Source: Thermodesulfobacteriota bacterium
GTDB taxonomy: Bacteria > Desulfobacterota > Desulfarculia > JACQYL01
Assembly: GCA_963675595.2 (NCBI GenBank)
Contig: CAXXLZ010000002.1
Span: 416,001 to 480,000, forward strand
DNA length: 64,000 nt
Reading direction: 5' to 3'
The position numbers were made by a program, and so were the translations under genes. The notes below the pieces were generated by a model that saw nothing but the letters and a program-made list of their open reading frames with translations, had not been told where the DNA came from and did not search any database. Positions 1-8,872 of the stretch are shown here, in pieces (the stretch's first letter is position 1; the number at the start of each line of letters is the position of its first letter).

Positions 1-396
1 CATCTTCAGTTGCTGTGCCGACTCCTCCCCGGAAACGTAGAGTGTGTCCAAACCCTTCTTCTGCAAAGCGGCCAACGCCTGCAGCATGAGTGTGGATTTT
101 CCGATGCCGGGATCTCCGCCCACCAAAACCACCGACCCGGGAACCAGACCGCCGCCGAGGACCCTGTCGAGTTCCCCGATCCCACTGAGTATCCGATCCT
201 CCGCACCCACGACCACGTCGTTCAACGACTGAAGCGCGCCGCCCAACGGAGCGTTGACGGATTCCTCCGCCGCCTTCTCCTCCCGGGTTTCTTCCTCGAA
301 GGTACCGAATTCCCCGCAGCTCGGGCACCGACCCAGCCATTTGGGAGCTCGACTGCCGCAACTCCCGCAGACAAAGACCGTCTCAGTGTTCTTCAT
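1..396 (-). CDS. radA: DNA repair protein RadA/Sms, N-terminal part (runs off the window start)
   Basis: Manual minus-strand translation from ATG at 396: MKNTETVFVCGSCGSRAPKWLGRCPSCGEFGTF (C4 zinc finger), then ELDRVLGGGLVPGSVVLVGGDPGIGKSTL (Walker A) and LYVSGEES. Not in the ORF track because it is truncated. Confidence 0.95.
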   Translation of the reverse strand, partial: MKNTETVFVCGSCGSRAPKWLGRCPSCGEFGTFEEETREEKAAEESVNAPLGGALQSLNDVVVGAEDRILSGIGELDRVLGGGLVPGSVVLVGGDPGIGKSTLMLQALAALQKKGLDTLYVSGEESAQQLKM

Positions 397-418
397 AAAT
401 CGGTCTCATGTGCCGACC

Positions 419-1165
419 TTAAAGAGCCGCTTCATTGCGGAACACCTCTTCGACTTTGGCCACATCTCGGGGCGTATCCACTTCCATGGAATCGAACGCG
501 GTGATGACCACCTGGATGGGCGCGCCGTAGTCCAGGGCACGAAGCTGCTCCAGCTTCTCGGCTTCTTCCATGGCGGAGGTGGGCCACTGGGCGAAGGTTC
601 TCAAAAAATGCCGGCGGTAGCCGTAGATTCCGTGATGTTTGTAGTAAGGGATTCGGCCCTCGCCCCCCCGGACGTGAGGAATGGTGGCTCGGGAAAAATA
701 AAGGGCACGACCCCTACGGTCGAAAACCGTCTTCACGATGTTGGGATCGTCGATTTCCGAAGGGTCCGTTATCCGATAGATCAGCGTGGACATGGGCAGT
801 TCCGGGTCCGTGACCAGTGGAGCCGTTACCTCGGCGATCTGCACCGGATTAAAGCAGGGTTGGTCTCCCTGAATATTCACCACCAGGTCTTCCTCCGGCA
901 AGCCGAGTTTGTCGGCCGCTTCGGCCACTCGATCGGTCCCGCAACGCACGTTGGAGGAAGTCATAATGGCCTCACCTCCGAAATCGCTCGCAACCTCCAG
1001 AATCCTTTCGTCGTCCGTGGCAAGCACCACGCGATCCACCAGAGGACTTCGGGCCGCGCGTTCGTAGACGTGCCGGATCATGGGCTTGCCGGCGATGAGA
1101 GTCGTCGCCTTGCCTATGAAGCGGGTGGACTCGTACCGGGCGGGAATGACGACCGTAACGCGCAT
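419..1165 (-). CDS. kdsB: 3-deoxy-manno-octulosonate cytidylyltransferase (CMP-Kdo synthetase)
   Basis: Motifs VIPARYESTRF, GTDRVAEA, VNIQGDQP, ALYFSRATIP, HHGIYGY, EKLEQLRAL, VDTPRD. Confidence 0.95.
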   Translation of the reverse strand: MRVTVVIPARYESTRFIGKATTLIAGKPMIRHVYERAARSPLVDRVVLATDDERILEVASDFGGEAIMTSSNVRCGTDRVAEAADKLGLPEEDLVVNIQGDQPCFNPVQIAEVTAPLVTDPELPMSTLIYRITDPSEIDDPNIVKTVFDRRGRALYFSRATIPHVRGGEGRIPYYKHHGIYGYRRHFLRTFAQWPTSAMEEAEKLEQLRALDYGAPIQVVITAFDSMEVDTPRDVAKVEEVFRNEAAL

Positions 1166-1491
1166 AAGTAATTCCCTCCGACGGGATCATAATGTACGAT
1201 TCGAAACGACGAAGACTCGCCGAATCACAGGTGAAACCCGTTCTCCAGACGCTCCGGGCGCTGAAAGAGTCGTTACCATATCACAGGGCATTCGCCTTTG
1301 TGCACTGTTTTCCTCCGGGCGAAAAGGTATGCCCGCAAGAGGGGAATGCCTGCGGACCCGAGTTCCTTTCCAAGCGTCTTTGGTTCGATTTTCAACCGTG
1401 AAGCCGGCCCCCGGAACTGGACCTCCCACACTCTTCCATGCTAATAAACGTGGAACGCTTTTCGGAAAAAACTGCGTGAAGGGAGTCCGTC

Positions 1492-2073
1492 ATGGAAGAT
1501 CTCCTCGTGCGGCTGAAGCAGGCCATCCTGCCTTATCATGACGAAGTGCATCGGTTGCCCATTCTCAGAGACCTGCCGTCGGGAAGGGTTGCGCTGTCGG
1601 AATACCGCCGCCTGCTCGAACGGCTTTACGGATTTTGGGAACCGGTGGAAGCCGCTGTCGAAGCCTTGATCCCCTACCGTCCGGAGGCGGCGGTCTGGAA
1701 CCCGAGAGTTCCCTTGCTCGCCCAAGACTTGGCCTTTCTGGGAGTCGCTCCCTCCGCCCTGGAATCCATCCCCCGATGCCGTCGAACGCCCGAATTCATG
1801 AAGCAGGGTGAGGCTTTGGGGTATCTATACCTGTCCGAAGGATCGAGGCTCGGCGGCAGAATGCTGGGAGACATCGTAGAGAAGGCTTTGGCGCTTACGC
1901 CCTACTCCGGCTTTGCGTATTTCAGCTCCGATGGAGCCGACGTGGAGAAGATGTGGAGCGTGTTTCGAGATTTTCTCCGGTCCCATGCGAAAGTCCATCA
2001 TCTGGACAAAGAAATCATCCATGCTTCACGGAGCGGATTCGCCGCATTGAACCGGTGGCTGACCGAATTGTAA
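1492..2073 (+). CDS. Biliverdin-producing heme oxygenase (BphO/HemO-like)
   Basis: LKQAILPYHDEVH (proximal His), R.PLLAQDLAFLG, ALGYLYLSEGSRLGG (conserved YxxEGSxLGG), W..F..FL. RBS GGGAG upstream. Confidence 0.85.
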   Translation: MEDLLVRLKQAILPYHDEVHRLPILRDLPSGRVALSEYRRLLERLYGFWEPVEAAVEALIPYRPEAAVWNPRVPLLAQDLAFLGVAPSALESIPRCRRTPEFMKQGEALGYLYLSEGSRLGGRMLGDIVEKALALTPYSGFAYFSSDGADVEKMWSVFRDFLRSHAKVHHLDKEIIHASRSGFAALNRWLTEL

Positions 2074-2273
2074 TACGGTCCACTCCGAGGTTACGACCGT
2101 TCTCCATTCCGCCCGCCGTCGGTGCGGGCTGCGCTCGGACTTTTCGCCATTCGATTTTCGGCGGCACTTGGGCCGAACATGAGCATTTTTCACGGGATTA
2201 TTGTATGATGAATCCCATTCACATTCGTCCCTCTTCAAGAATCGGATATCCCATCAGGATTGGAGTGCCCTGT

Positions 2274-2888
2274 ATGACTCACGAGGAATTCCAACCCGCC
2301 GAGGACCCCAAGGACTCCCAAGAGTTTTCCGTCATCGGATTGGGAGGATCGGCCGGCGGTTCGGAAGCGTTCGAGGAATTCTTTTCCCAACTCCCGCCGA
2401 AGTCGGGCTGCGCCTTCGTAATGGTTATGCATCTGGATCCTCATCACAAATCCATGCTGCCCGAACTGATCTCCAAAGTCACCGACCTCGACGTCACACA
2501 AGCCGAGGACGCAACGGAGGTGGAGCGGAACAGGATTTACATCATTCCCCCCAAAGCCACCATCACCATATCGGACGGAGTGCTGAACCTTACCGAACCC
2601 GCGCTGGAAAGGGGCGTCAGACGACCCATCGACGATTTCTTCAGATCGCTCGCCCAAGACCGCAAAGAACGTGCGGTGGGAATTCTGTCTTCGGGAACCG
2701 GTACGGACGGCACACAGGAACTTAAAGAAATCAAATTCGCCGGGGGGATGTCCATGGTTCAGGACCCCAGCACGGCGAAATTCGAGAACATGCCCCAGCA
2801 CGCCATCACGAGCGGCGTGGTCGACGTGGTGCTGCCGGCCGGCCAACTCGCCGCGCGTCCGGCCGAATCCCAAGGAGGGGCGAAATGA
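2274..2888 (+). CDS. Stand-alone CheB-type methylesterase domain (looks like the N-terminus of a CheB/CheR fusion; possibly truncated)
   Basis: IGLGGSAGG, VMHLDP, RRPIDDFFRSLA, SGTGTDG, QDPSTAKFENMP. No receiver domain and no CheR part. Start placed at ATG 2274 behind GGAG. Stop overlaps the next ATG (ATGA). Confidence 0.8.
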   Translation: MTHEEFQPAEDPKDSQEFSVIGLGGSAGGSEAFEEFFSQLPPKSGCAFVMVMHLDPHHKSMLPELISKVTDLDVTQAEDATEVERNRIYIIPPKATITISDGVLNLTEPALERGVRRPIDDFFRSLAQDRKERAVGILSSGTGTDGTQELKEIKFAGGMSMVQDPSTAKFENMPQHAITSGVVDVVLPAGQLAARPAESQGGAK

Positions 2889-3949
2889 CGGAAGCGCTCT
2901 TAAGGCATAAGGAACTCCGAAAACAGCTGTCTTCCATCTCAGAAGCGGTGGTCGCCTGCCAGTACGCATTGGAGCCCGAAGTCTGGGAGCCCTACGGACA
3001 GGCCGGATGGGAAAAAAGCCTGAGGGACCAGGAGTTTCATTCCTCCTACCTTGCCGAAGCGGTGATGTTCTCGGACCCGTCGCTGTTCATCGACTACGTT
3101 AACTGGCTGAAGCAGCTTTTCACGGCACTGCGGTTTCCCGAGAAAAGCTTGAGGACCATGCTCGAGTGCACGCGCAAGGTCATAGATGAAGAGCTGCTTT
3201 CGCATGAAGGCGCCGCGGCTTCGGCCTACATCGAAAAAACTCTCGTCGAGCTGCACACCATGCCGGAAATCCCACCGACCTTTCTGCCCGATGGCGCTCC
3301 CTTCGTGGATTTGGCGCGGGAATACCTGGAGCTGCTGCTCCACGGTGATCGGAATCAGGCAGGTCGCCTGATTTTGGACAAGGCGGAAGCCGGCATGCAT
3401 GTCAAAGACATCTATCTACGCGTGTTTCAGCCGACTCAGTACGAAATCGGAAGACTTTGGCAGATCAATCGCATCACCGTGGCCCAAGAACACTTCTGCA
3501 CTGCGGCGGCTCAGACGATCATGTCTCAACTTTATCCGTTTGTTTTCAGCGCCCAAAAGACCGGTCGTCGCTTGGTGGCGGCCTGCGTGGGGGGTGAATT
3601 GCACGAGATCGGCGCCCGCATGCTCGCCGATTTTTTTGAAATGGACGGGTGGGATACGTATTATTTGGGAGCGAACACGCCGACGGATGCGGTGGTTCGC
3701 ACCATTCTGGATCGGGATACTCACTTATTGGGCCTCTCGGTCACCATGACGTTCCACACGCGATTCGTGGAAGAACTGATCCGTAAAGTACGTTCGTCGG
3801 AAGCCGGTCGGATACCCATTCTCGTGGGGGGATACCCTTTCAACGTCGCTCCCCGGCTTTGGCAAACCCTGAGGGCGAACGGCTCCGCCCGGAATGCCGA
3901 GGAAGCATTGAAAATCGCGGATAGGCTGATCGGGGAACCTCTCGTCTGA
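2885..3949 (+). CDS. Cobalamin-binding protein with an N-terminal globin/phycobiliprotein-like domain (photocobilin-like)
   Basis: C-terminal B12 domain ELHEIG...GWDTYYLGANTP...LSVT...LVGG. Four-helix cap with W-x9-EH (WQINRITVAQEH). N-terminal ~125 aa helical domain with KSLRD..FH..YL. Confidence 0.8.
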   Translation: MTEALLRHKELRKQLSSISEAVVACQYALEPEVWEPYGQAGWEKSLRDQEFHSSYLAEAVMFSDPSLFIDYVNWLKQLFTALRFPEKSLRTMLECTRKVIDEELLSHEGAAASAYIEKTLVELHTMPEIPPTFLPDGAPFVDLAREYLELLLHGDRNQAGRLILDKAEAGMHVKDIYLRVFQPTQYEIGRLWQINRITVAQEHFCTAAAQTIMSQLYPFVFSAQKTGRRLVAACVGGELHEIGARMLADFFEMDGWDTYYLGANTPTDAVVRTILDRDTHLLGLSVTMTFHTRFVEELIRKVRSSEAGRIPILVGGYPFNVAPRLWQTLRANGSARNAEEALKIADRLIGEPLV

Positions 3950-4023
3950 AATCGAGGGATCTTGGCAGTCCGATTCCCTGTTTGCTTCGATTCTTCTCGA
4001 CAAGATAGGCTTATTGAGGAAAA

Positions 4024-4734
4024 ATGAACGAACGGAATTCTCCATCAGGCTTGGCCCTGCGGTGTACCCCGCACGGAGAGATCATCGAGGTCCTGCGAGA
4101 CGACCTCGGGTTGACCGACGGCATCGAGGTCGGAGTTCCGCTGACCTCACTTGTCGATCGAGCCTCCCTCGGTAAGCTGCTCAACTTCCTGGTCGAGATG
4201 AGAACCCGGGGAAGCACCTCCCTGTGGTCCTTAAACGTCGTCCGGGAGGGCCGCATCGAGTCACTGTCCTTTGCCGGCACGATGCGGGAAGATGAACAGA
4301 TGGTTTTCGCCGCACATACGGGGACGGAGGCAGTCAACCTGTCCCGCCGGTTGCTCGGAGAGCCGTCAGGCAAGGAGGTTCCCACCGTTGTTGCGCCCCC
4401 GTATAAGTCCGATCCGGAGCTTTTCGACGAGCTCAGCCGACTGAATAACGAGCTGGTCAACCTTCATCGAGAATTGGCCAAGAAGAACGCCGAACTGGAA
4501 AAAACAAACCACCGACTCCAGGAAGCGATGGCCGAGATCCGAACGCTCCGAGGATACCTTCCCATCTGCATGTACTGCCACAAGATCCGTGATGACAAGG
4601 AAAACTGGTTACGCCTCGAAAACTACATCGAATCGCATTCCGACGCGCGGTTCAGTCACAGCATTTGCCCGGACTGCACGAAAGAGCATTTCGGGGACCT
4701 CTTCGAAGATGAAGCTGATGGAGAGGAGAAGTAG
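4024..4734 (+). CDS. Signal-transduction protein: PAS-like domain, coiled coil, C-terminal Cys-rich (CxxC...HxxCxxC) domain
   Basis: Coiled coil LSRLNNELVNLHRELAKKNAEL. C-terminus LPICMYCHKIRDDKENW...FSHSICPDC is typical of deltaproteobacterial signalling proteins. No kinase or GGDEF output domain. Confidence 0.75.
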   Translation: MNERNSPSGLALRCTPHGEIIEVLRDDLGLTDGIEVGVPLTSLVDRASLGKLLNFLVEMRTRGSTSLWSLNVVREGRIESLSFAGTMREDEQMVFAAHTGTEAVNLSRRLLGEPSGKEVPTVVAPPYKSDPELFDELSRLNNELVNLHRELAKKNAELEKTNHRLQEAMAEIRTLRGYLPICMYCHKIRDDKENWLRLENYIESHSDARFSHSICPDCTKEHFGDLFEDEADGEEK

Positions 4735-4798
4735 ACGAGGGGAGGAGCCCTTATAAAGAGCGCCTCCCCTGCTGTAGACGATGCAACCTACAGAGGGC

Positions 4799-6001
4799 TT
4801 ATCCGATCGCTTGACCCGCTTTGGCGACGGCTTGCCGGAGCTTGGGCAGATCGTTTTCCATGAGATTGTTGATGGGGATGACCAGGGTCTTCCGCATGAT
4901 CGCGTCGGACTTGGGAAGAGCGTCCGGAGAATAGGCGAGGCGCCCGGAACCGTCTGGGTTTCGGAAGGGCCAAGCGGAACGAAGCACGGATTTCCCCTCC
5001 AGCAGATGTTCCCAGTTGCGGTAATAGTGCCAGGTATTGTCGAAGAAGTTCACGGCGCCGCAACCCTCCCCCGCCAGGGCTTGGTTGAACTTCCTCGCCT
5101 GTTCCTCCGAAGGCAGAGAGAAGGCGAGAAAGGTCGCAGTGTCTCCCGTCGGGTCCGGGAGTCTCCGGAACGAAACACCGGGCACCTTTTCCAGAGCTTC
5201 CTTCAAAGCGGCTTTGTTGGCCCGCTGCATGCGGAGAATGGCGTCCAATTTCGAAAGCTGCGCCAGTCCCAAGGCCCCCTGAAGCTCCATCATACGGTAG
5301 TTCATGCCGATGAATCGCCGTTTCTCGAGCCCACGTCCCACGTTGGGATCATGGTCATGACCGTGGTCATGGTATTCCGACGCGTTCACGTACAGAGCTT
5401 CGTCGTTGGTGATGATCATGCCTCCTTCGCCCGTGGTGATGGTCTTCACGGAGTCGAAAGAGAATGTGCCGCAAGAGCCGAAAGTGCCCAGAGCCTTGCC
5501 GTTCAACGTTCCGCCGCAGGCCTGCGCGGTATCTTCTATCACGGCCACTCCACGATCACGGGCGACCTCCACGATGGGTTCGATGTCCGCCATGCCCCCC
5601 AACATATGCACGGGAATCACGGCCCGGGTCTTGGGCGTGATCTTCTTTGCCAGGTCTGCGGGATCCATGCAAAGGGTTTCGTCCACTTCCGTGAAAACCG
5701 GCTCGGCGCCGCAATCGAGAATGCTTTCCCATGTGGCCACAAAGGTGAAACCTTGGGTGATGACTTCATCTCCGGGACCGATACCCAAAGCGGCCAAGGC
5801 CACCCTGAGAGCCGCCGTACCCGAGGATACGGCCAGGGCGTGAGCGGCGCCCGTTCGGTCGGCGAATGCCTTCTCGAATTCCTCGACTTTGTATACGCCT
5901 TTGCGCTTCTCACCGAACTCATAACGGAACAGTACGCCTCGAGAGAGCACGTCCAGTATCTGGTCCTTCTCTTCCTCACCCAACAGCTCAAAACCGGGCA
6001 T
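4799..6001 (-). CDS. kdnA: DegT/DnrJ/EryC1/StrS PLP aminotransferase, KdnA-like (8-amino-Kdo synthesis)
   Basis: SSGTAAL, EDTAQA, FSFDSVKTITTGEGG (PLP Lys). Features recalled from Shewanella KdnA: N-terminal MPGFEL.G.EEK, DHGHDH, WHY..NW.H, PKSDAIM. Family assignment is firm; kdnA orthology is inference. Confidence 0.75.
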   Translation of the reverse strand: MPGFELLGEEEKDQILDVLSRGVLFRYEFGEKRKGVYKVEEFEKAFADRTGAAHALAVSSGTAALRVALAALGIGPGDEVITQGFTFVATWESILDCGAEPVFTEVDETLCMDPADLAKKITPKTRAVIPVHMLGGMADIEPIVEVARDRGVAVIEDTAQACGGTLNGKALGTFGSCGTFSFDSVKTITTGEGGMIITNDEALYVNASEYHDHGHDHDPNVGRGLEKRRFIGMNYRMMELQGALGLAQLSKLDAILRMQRANKAALKEALEKVPGVSFRRLPDPTGDTATFLAFSLPSEEQARKFNQALAGEGCGAVNFFDNTWHYYRNWEHLLEGKSVLRSAWPFRNPDGSGRLAYSPDALPKSDAIMRKTLVIPINNLMENDLPKLRQAVAKAGQAIG

Positions 6002-6012
6002 GAAAACCTCCG

Positions 6013-7167
6013 TTAGAAAGCGTTCCTGTAAATCTCCAACGCGTCTTCGAATTGAACGGGTTTCGGATTGTTGGCCATGGGCCGAGCCACCTTCAGAGAG
6101 CCTTCAGCCATCTCTTCCAGGGAATCCTCGGGAATATCCAGACTTCCCAGGTTTTCAGGGATTCCGATGTCGGAAGAAAGCTGAAATACGGCATCCACGG
6201 CCTCCAGGGCGCAATCCCTGAGGGAAAGGCCCTCGCAGCACACACCCAAAGCTTCCGCAAGGCGCGCAAAGCGCTCCATGGCCGCAGGCACGTTGTATTC
6301 CATAACATGGGGCAGGAGCACGGCGTTGGCGGTTCCGTGGTTGATCCCGAACAAAGCGCCCAACGGATAGGCCAGCGCATGCGCCGCGCCCACTCCGGCA
6401 TTGGCCAGCGCCATGCCGGCGCAGTAACTCCCGAAAAGCATCCTCGAACGGGTTTCCGCTACCTCTCCCCGATACACGGCGTTGCGGAGATTGGCACCGA
6501 TGAGGCGCACGGCCTCCAGAGCGTAAAGGTCGCTCGCGGGGTTGGCCTGCCGAGACGTAAAGGCCTCGATGGCATGGGTCAACGCGTCCATGCCTGTGAA
6601 CGCGGTGACTTTTGGAGGACACCCCATCGTTAGTTCGGGATCCAGCAAGGCCAGGTCGGGGAACATCTTTTCATCGTTGATGCCGCCCTTGCTTTTGGAT
6701 TCACGCATGGTGAACACCGCGGTAAAGGTGACTTCCGCACCGGTGCCCGCAGTGGTGGGAATCAGGATGGAGGGCAGCCCTTTCTGTTTTACCAGGCCCA
6801 GTCCGATATAATCTTGAGCGGAGCCCTGATTCTTGGCGAGCATGGCCACGGCCTTGGCCACGTCCATGGAACTGCCTCCGCCCACGCCGATGACCGCCTG
6901 TGCTTTGTGCTCGCGTGCCAGAGCCGCACCTTCATCCGCCGACGCCGGAGACGGCTCAGGTTCCAGATTCGTAAACAATTCCGCTTTAACGGAGCCTTGT
7001 TTCAACGGTTCCAAAATACGCGAAGGCATGCCCGTTTCCGCCAGGCCCCGATCCATGACGACCAGAACTCGTCGGGCTCCCAATTTCTTGGCCTCGTCCG
7101 CAAGCCCCGAAACGGCTCCACAGCCGAAGACCGTTTTTCCGGCCCCTTGTATGGCAAACTGGCTCAT
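6013..7167 (-). CDS. Iron-containing alcohol dehydrogenase, candidate KdnB (Kdo 8-oxidase)
   Basis: GGGSSMDVAK, IPTTAGTGAEVT, GMDALTHAIE, AHALAYPLG...HG.ANA. Start at ATG 7167 behind GAGG. Directly upstream of the kdnA-like gene. Confidence 0.8.
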   Translation of the reverse strand: MSQFAIQGAGKTVFGCGAVSGLADEAKKLGARRVLVVMDRGLAETGMPSRILEPLKQGSVKAELFTNLEPEPSPASADEGAALAREHKAQAVIGVGGGSSMDVAKAVAMLAKNQGSAQDYIGLGLVKQKGLPSILIPTTAGTGAEVTFTAVFTMRESKSKGGINDEKMFPDLALLDPELTMGCPPKVTAFTGMDALTHAIEAFTSRQANPASDLYALEAVRLIGANLRNAVYRGEVAETRSRMLFGSYCAGMALANAGVGAAHALAYPLGALFGINHGTANAVLLPHVMEYNVPAAMERFARLAEALGVCCEGLSLRDCALEAVDAVFQLSSDIGIPENLGSLDIPEDSLEEMAEGSLKVARPMANNPKPVQFEDALEIYRNAF

Positions 7168-7410
7168 TCTTTTCCTCTTTTCTCCTTGAAATAACGGCTT
7201 GCTCCAATGATCGACGGGGGAAACTCCAATAAGGAGCATACCCCCGTCGGTCCTGTTGTTCGGATATATCCGCCGCGCTCGTGCCGCACAATCCCGGGCC
7301 CTGCCGGAGCGCGCCGGCCCGAGAAAATTCGTCCGCCCGAGTCCTCACCGCGAGACATGCCCATCGAACCCGATGGGTTCGATTACCGTCTCCCGCGGCG
7401 AGGTATAAGG

Positions 7411-7794
7411 TCAATAGTGGGGCGTCTGTTCATAATAGTAGGCACAGGCATCGTCGGATTCCCACGCCGCCACTTTGTCCACACGCACGAGACTGCGGTT
7501 CAGCTTCTTGGATATCTCATCAAAAATGTAGCGGGCGATTCTCTCCGACGACGGATTCTCCGTCTTGAACGGCTCCAAATCGTTGAGGTGCTTGTGATCC
7601 AGCTCCTCCAACACCTGATACGTCGCGTCCTTGACCTCTTTGAAGTCTATCAGAAGTCCATTTTCATCCAGTTCGGACCCCCTGACCCACACTTCCACCT
7701 TCCAGTTATGGCCGTGCAAGGCTTCGCACTTGCCCTTGAAGTTCTTCAGGCTGTGGGCCGCAGAAAAACTCGTAATGATCTTCAGTTCATACAT
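7411..7794 (-). CDS. queD: 6-carboxy-5,6,7,8-tetrahydropterin synthase
   Basis: FSAAHSL, KCEALHGHNW, LIDFKEVK, LDHKHLN, NPSSERIA, WES. Start is 7794 or 7803. Confidence 0.93.
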   Translation of the reverse strand: MYELKIITSFSAAHSLKNFKGKCEALHGHNWKVEVWVRGSELDENGLLIDFKEVKDATYQVLEELDHKHLNDLEPFKTENPSSERIARYIFDEISKKLNRSLVRVDKVAAWESDDACAYYYEQTPHY

Positions 7795-7916
7795 ACTTGT
7801 CATTTCCTCGCCAAAGCTTGAATCCCGTCGGTGGAATACGGCTTCCGTCAGGCCGCGGCTCCGCGGAAACCGCACTTCTCGAAACATTCGTTCCGCACGA
7901 GGCCGGCATGAACTTC

Positions 7917-8171
7917 TCAGACGGGATCACCCGTGTAAGGTTTGCCGCAAATCTGGCATTTCCCGTTTTTTCCGATGACTCCGATACAAGATCCGTCGGA
8001 ACAGAGTTTTCGCTTGGAGAAGTCCGTCTCCTCCACTATGACTTCTTTCTCTTTCTCGTCGGGCAACGGTTGACCGCACCGACAACAAAACTTGCTGCCC
8101 GAGGGGGAGTGACCGCTGCAATGGGGACACACCTCGTGAGGAATTTCGTTACCGCAATCCGGACATCTCAT
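7917..8171 (-). CDS. Small zinc-ribbon protein (double zinc ribbon plus C-terminal Cys cluster)
   Basis: CPDC, CPHC, FCCRCG and RKLCSDGSCIGVIGKNGKCQICGKP. Confidence 0.75.
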   Translation of the reverse strand: MRCPDCGNEIPHEVCPHCSGHSPSGSKFCCRCGQPLPDEKEKEVIVEETDFSKRKLCSDGSCIGVIGKNGKCQICGKPYTGDPV

Positions 8172-8471
8172 ATTCAAGCCTCTCTCTGAGCCTGACGGGT
8201 TGTAAGGGAATTACGTCGTTGTACCTGCGGTGATTCGGCTTGTCAACCAAAGGCGAAACAGCGCCGAACAAGTAGTGCATTCTTGTAAACACGTCTTTTT
8301 CAGAGGTGTCATATGAAGTCCGAAACGTGCTCGGACTCAGTAGTCTGTTCACTTCGGGTCCGAAAGCCGGGTCACCTCCCCGTTGAAAAGTCCATATGCC
8401 CGCAAACACGCCGGAACTCGCATGGGTTCGCTTCAAACCGTCCCGGTGTACCCTTGAATCGCCGCCTGTTG

Positions 8472-8500
8472 TTGACATAGGCCCCCTCAAGGAATAGATT
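8472..8500 (+). promoter_or_regulatory. Sigma70-type promoter for the His-rich protein
   Basis: TTGACA (8472-8477), 17-nt spacer, TAGATT (8495-8500). GGGAGG RBS before ATG 8556. Confidence 0.65.
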
Positions 8501-8555
8501 CAATCAAAACGAGCTCACGAAGGGCTCAACATTCCTAAGAAAGGGAGGACTGCGT

Positions 8556-8816
8556 ATGGAAGGAAAACACGAACACCAGCATCTGCACGCCCACGAGCAC
8601 GAGCATGTTCATCAACACGAGCACAGCCACGGAGACCAGGTGCATTCCCATGAACATGAGCATGTTCACGTTCACGAACATTCCCACGAACACATTCACG
8701 AGCATGTTCACGGCGACGACGCCCACACCCATGACCACGATCACCATGGAGAACATGGTCTCCATCATCACGATCACCCGGGGCACGAGGGGGAAGTCCA
8801 CGGCCACGCCCATTGA
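8556..8816 (+). CDS. Histidine-rich small protein (putative Ni/Co/Zn-binding)
   Basis: 37 of 86 residues are His, mostly in strict HX alternation. Has its own promoter, RBS and terminator. Confidence 0.8.
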   Translation: MEGKHEHQHLHAHEHEHVHQHEHSHGDQVHSHEHEHVHVHEHSHEHIHEHVHGDDAHTHDHDHHGEHGLHHHDHPGHEGEVHGHAH

Positions 8817-8872
8817 TGAAGATCGAGAGAGGCTCTCGAAGCTTCTCTCATAACTTACCGAATATGAAAACG

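Noticed and set aside
8190-8555. Possible cobalamin or metal riboswitch upstream of the His-rich gene
   Set aside because: Only short hairpins are visible, I found no B12-box or other riboswitch consensus, and the predicted promoter leaves too short a leader.
8535-8813. Hydrophobic Met/Val-rich ORF antisense to the His-rich gene
   Set aside because: It is the reverse complement of CAT/CAC codons; the promoter, RBS and terminator all support the plus strand.
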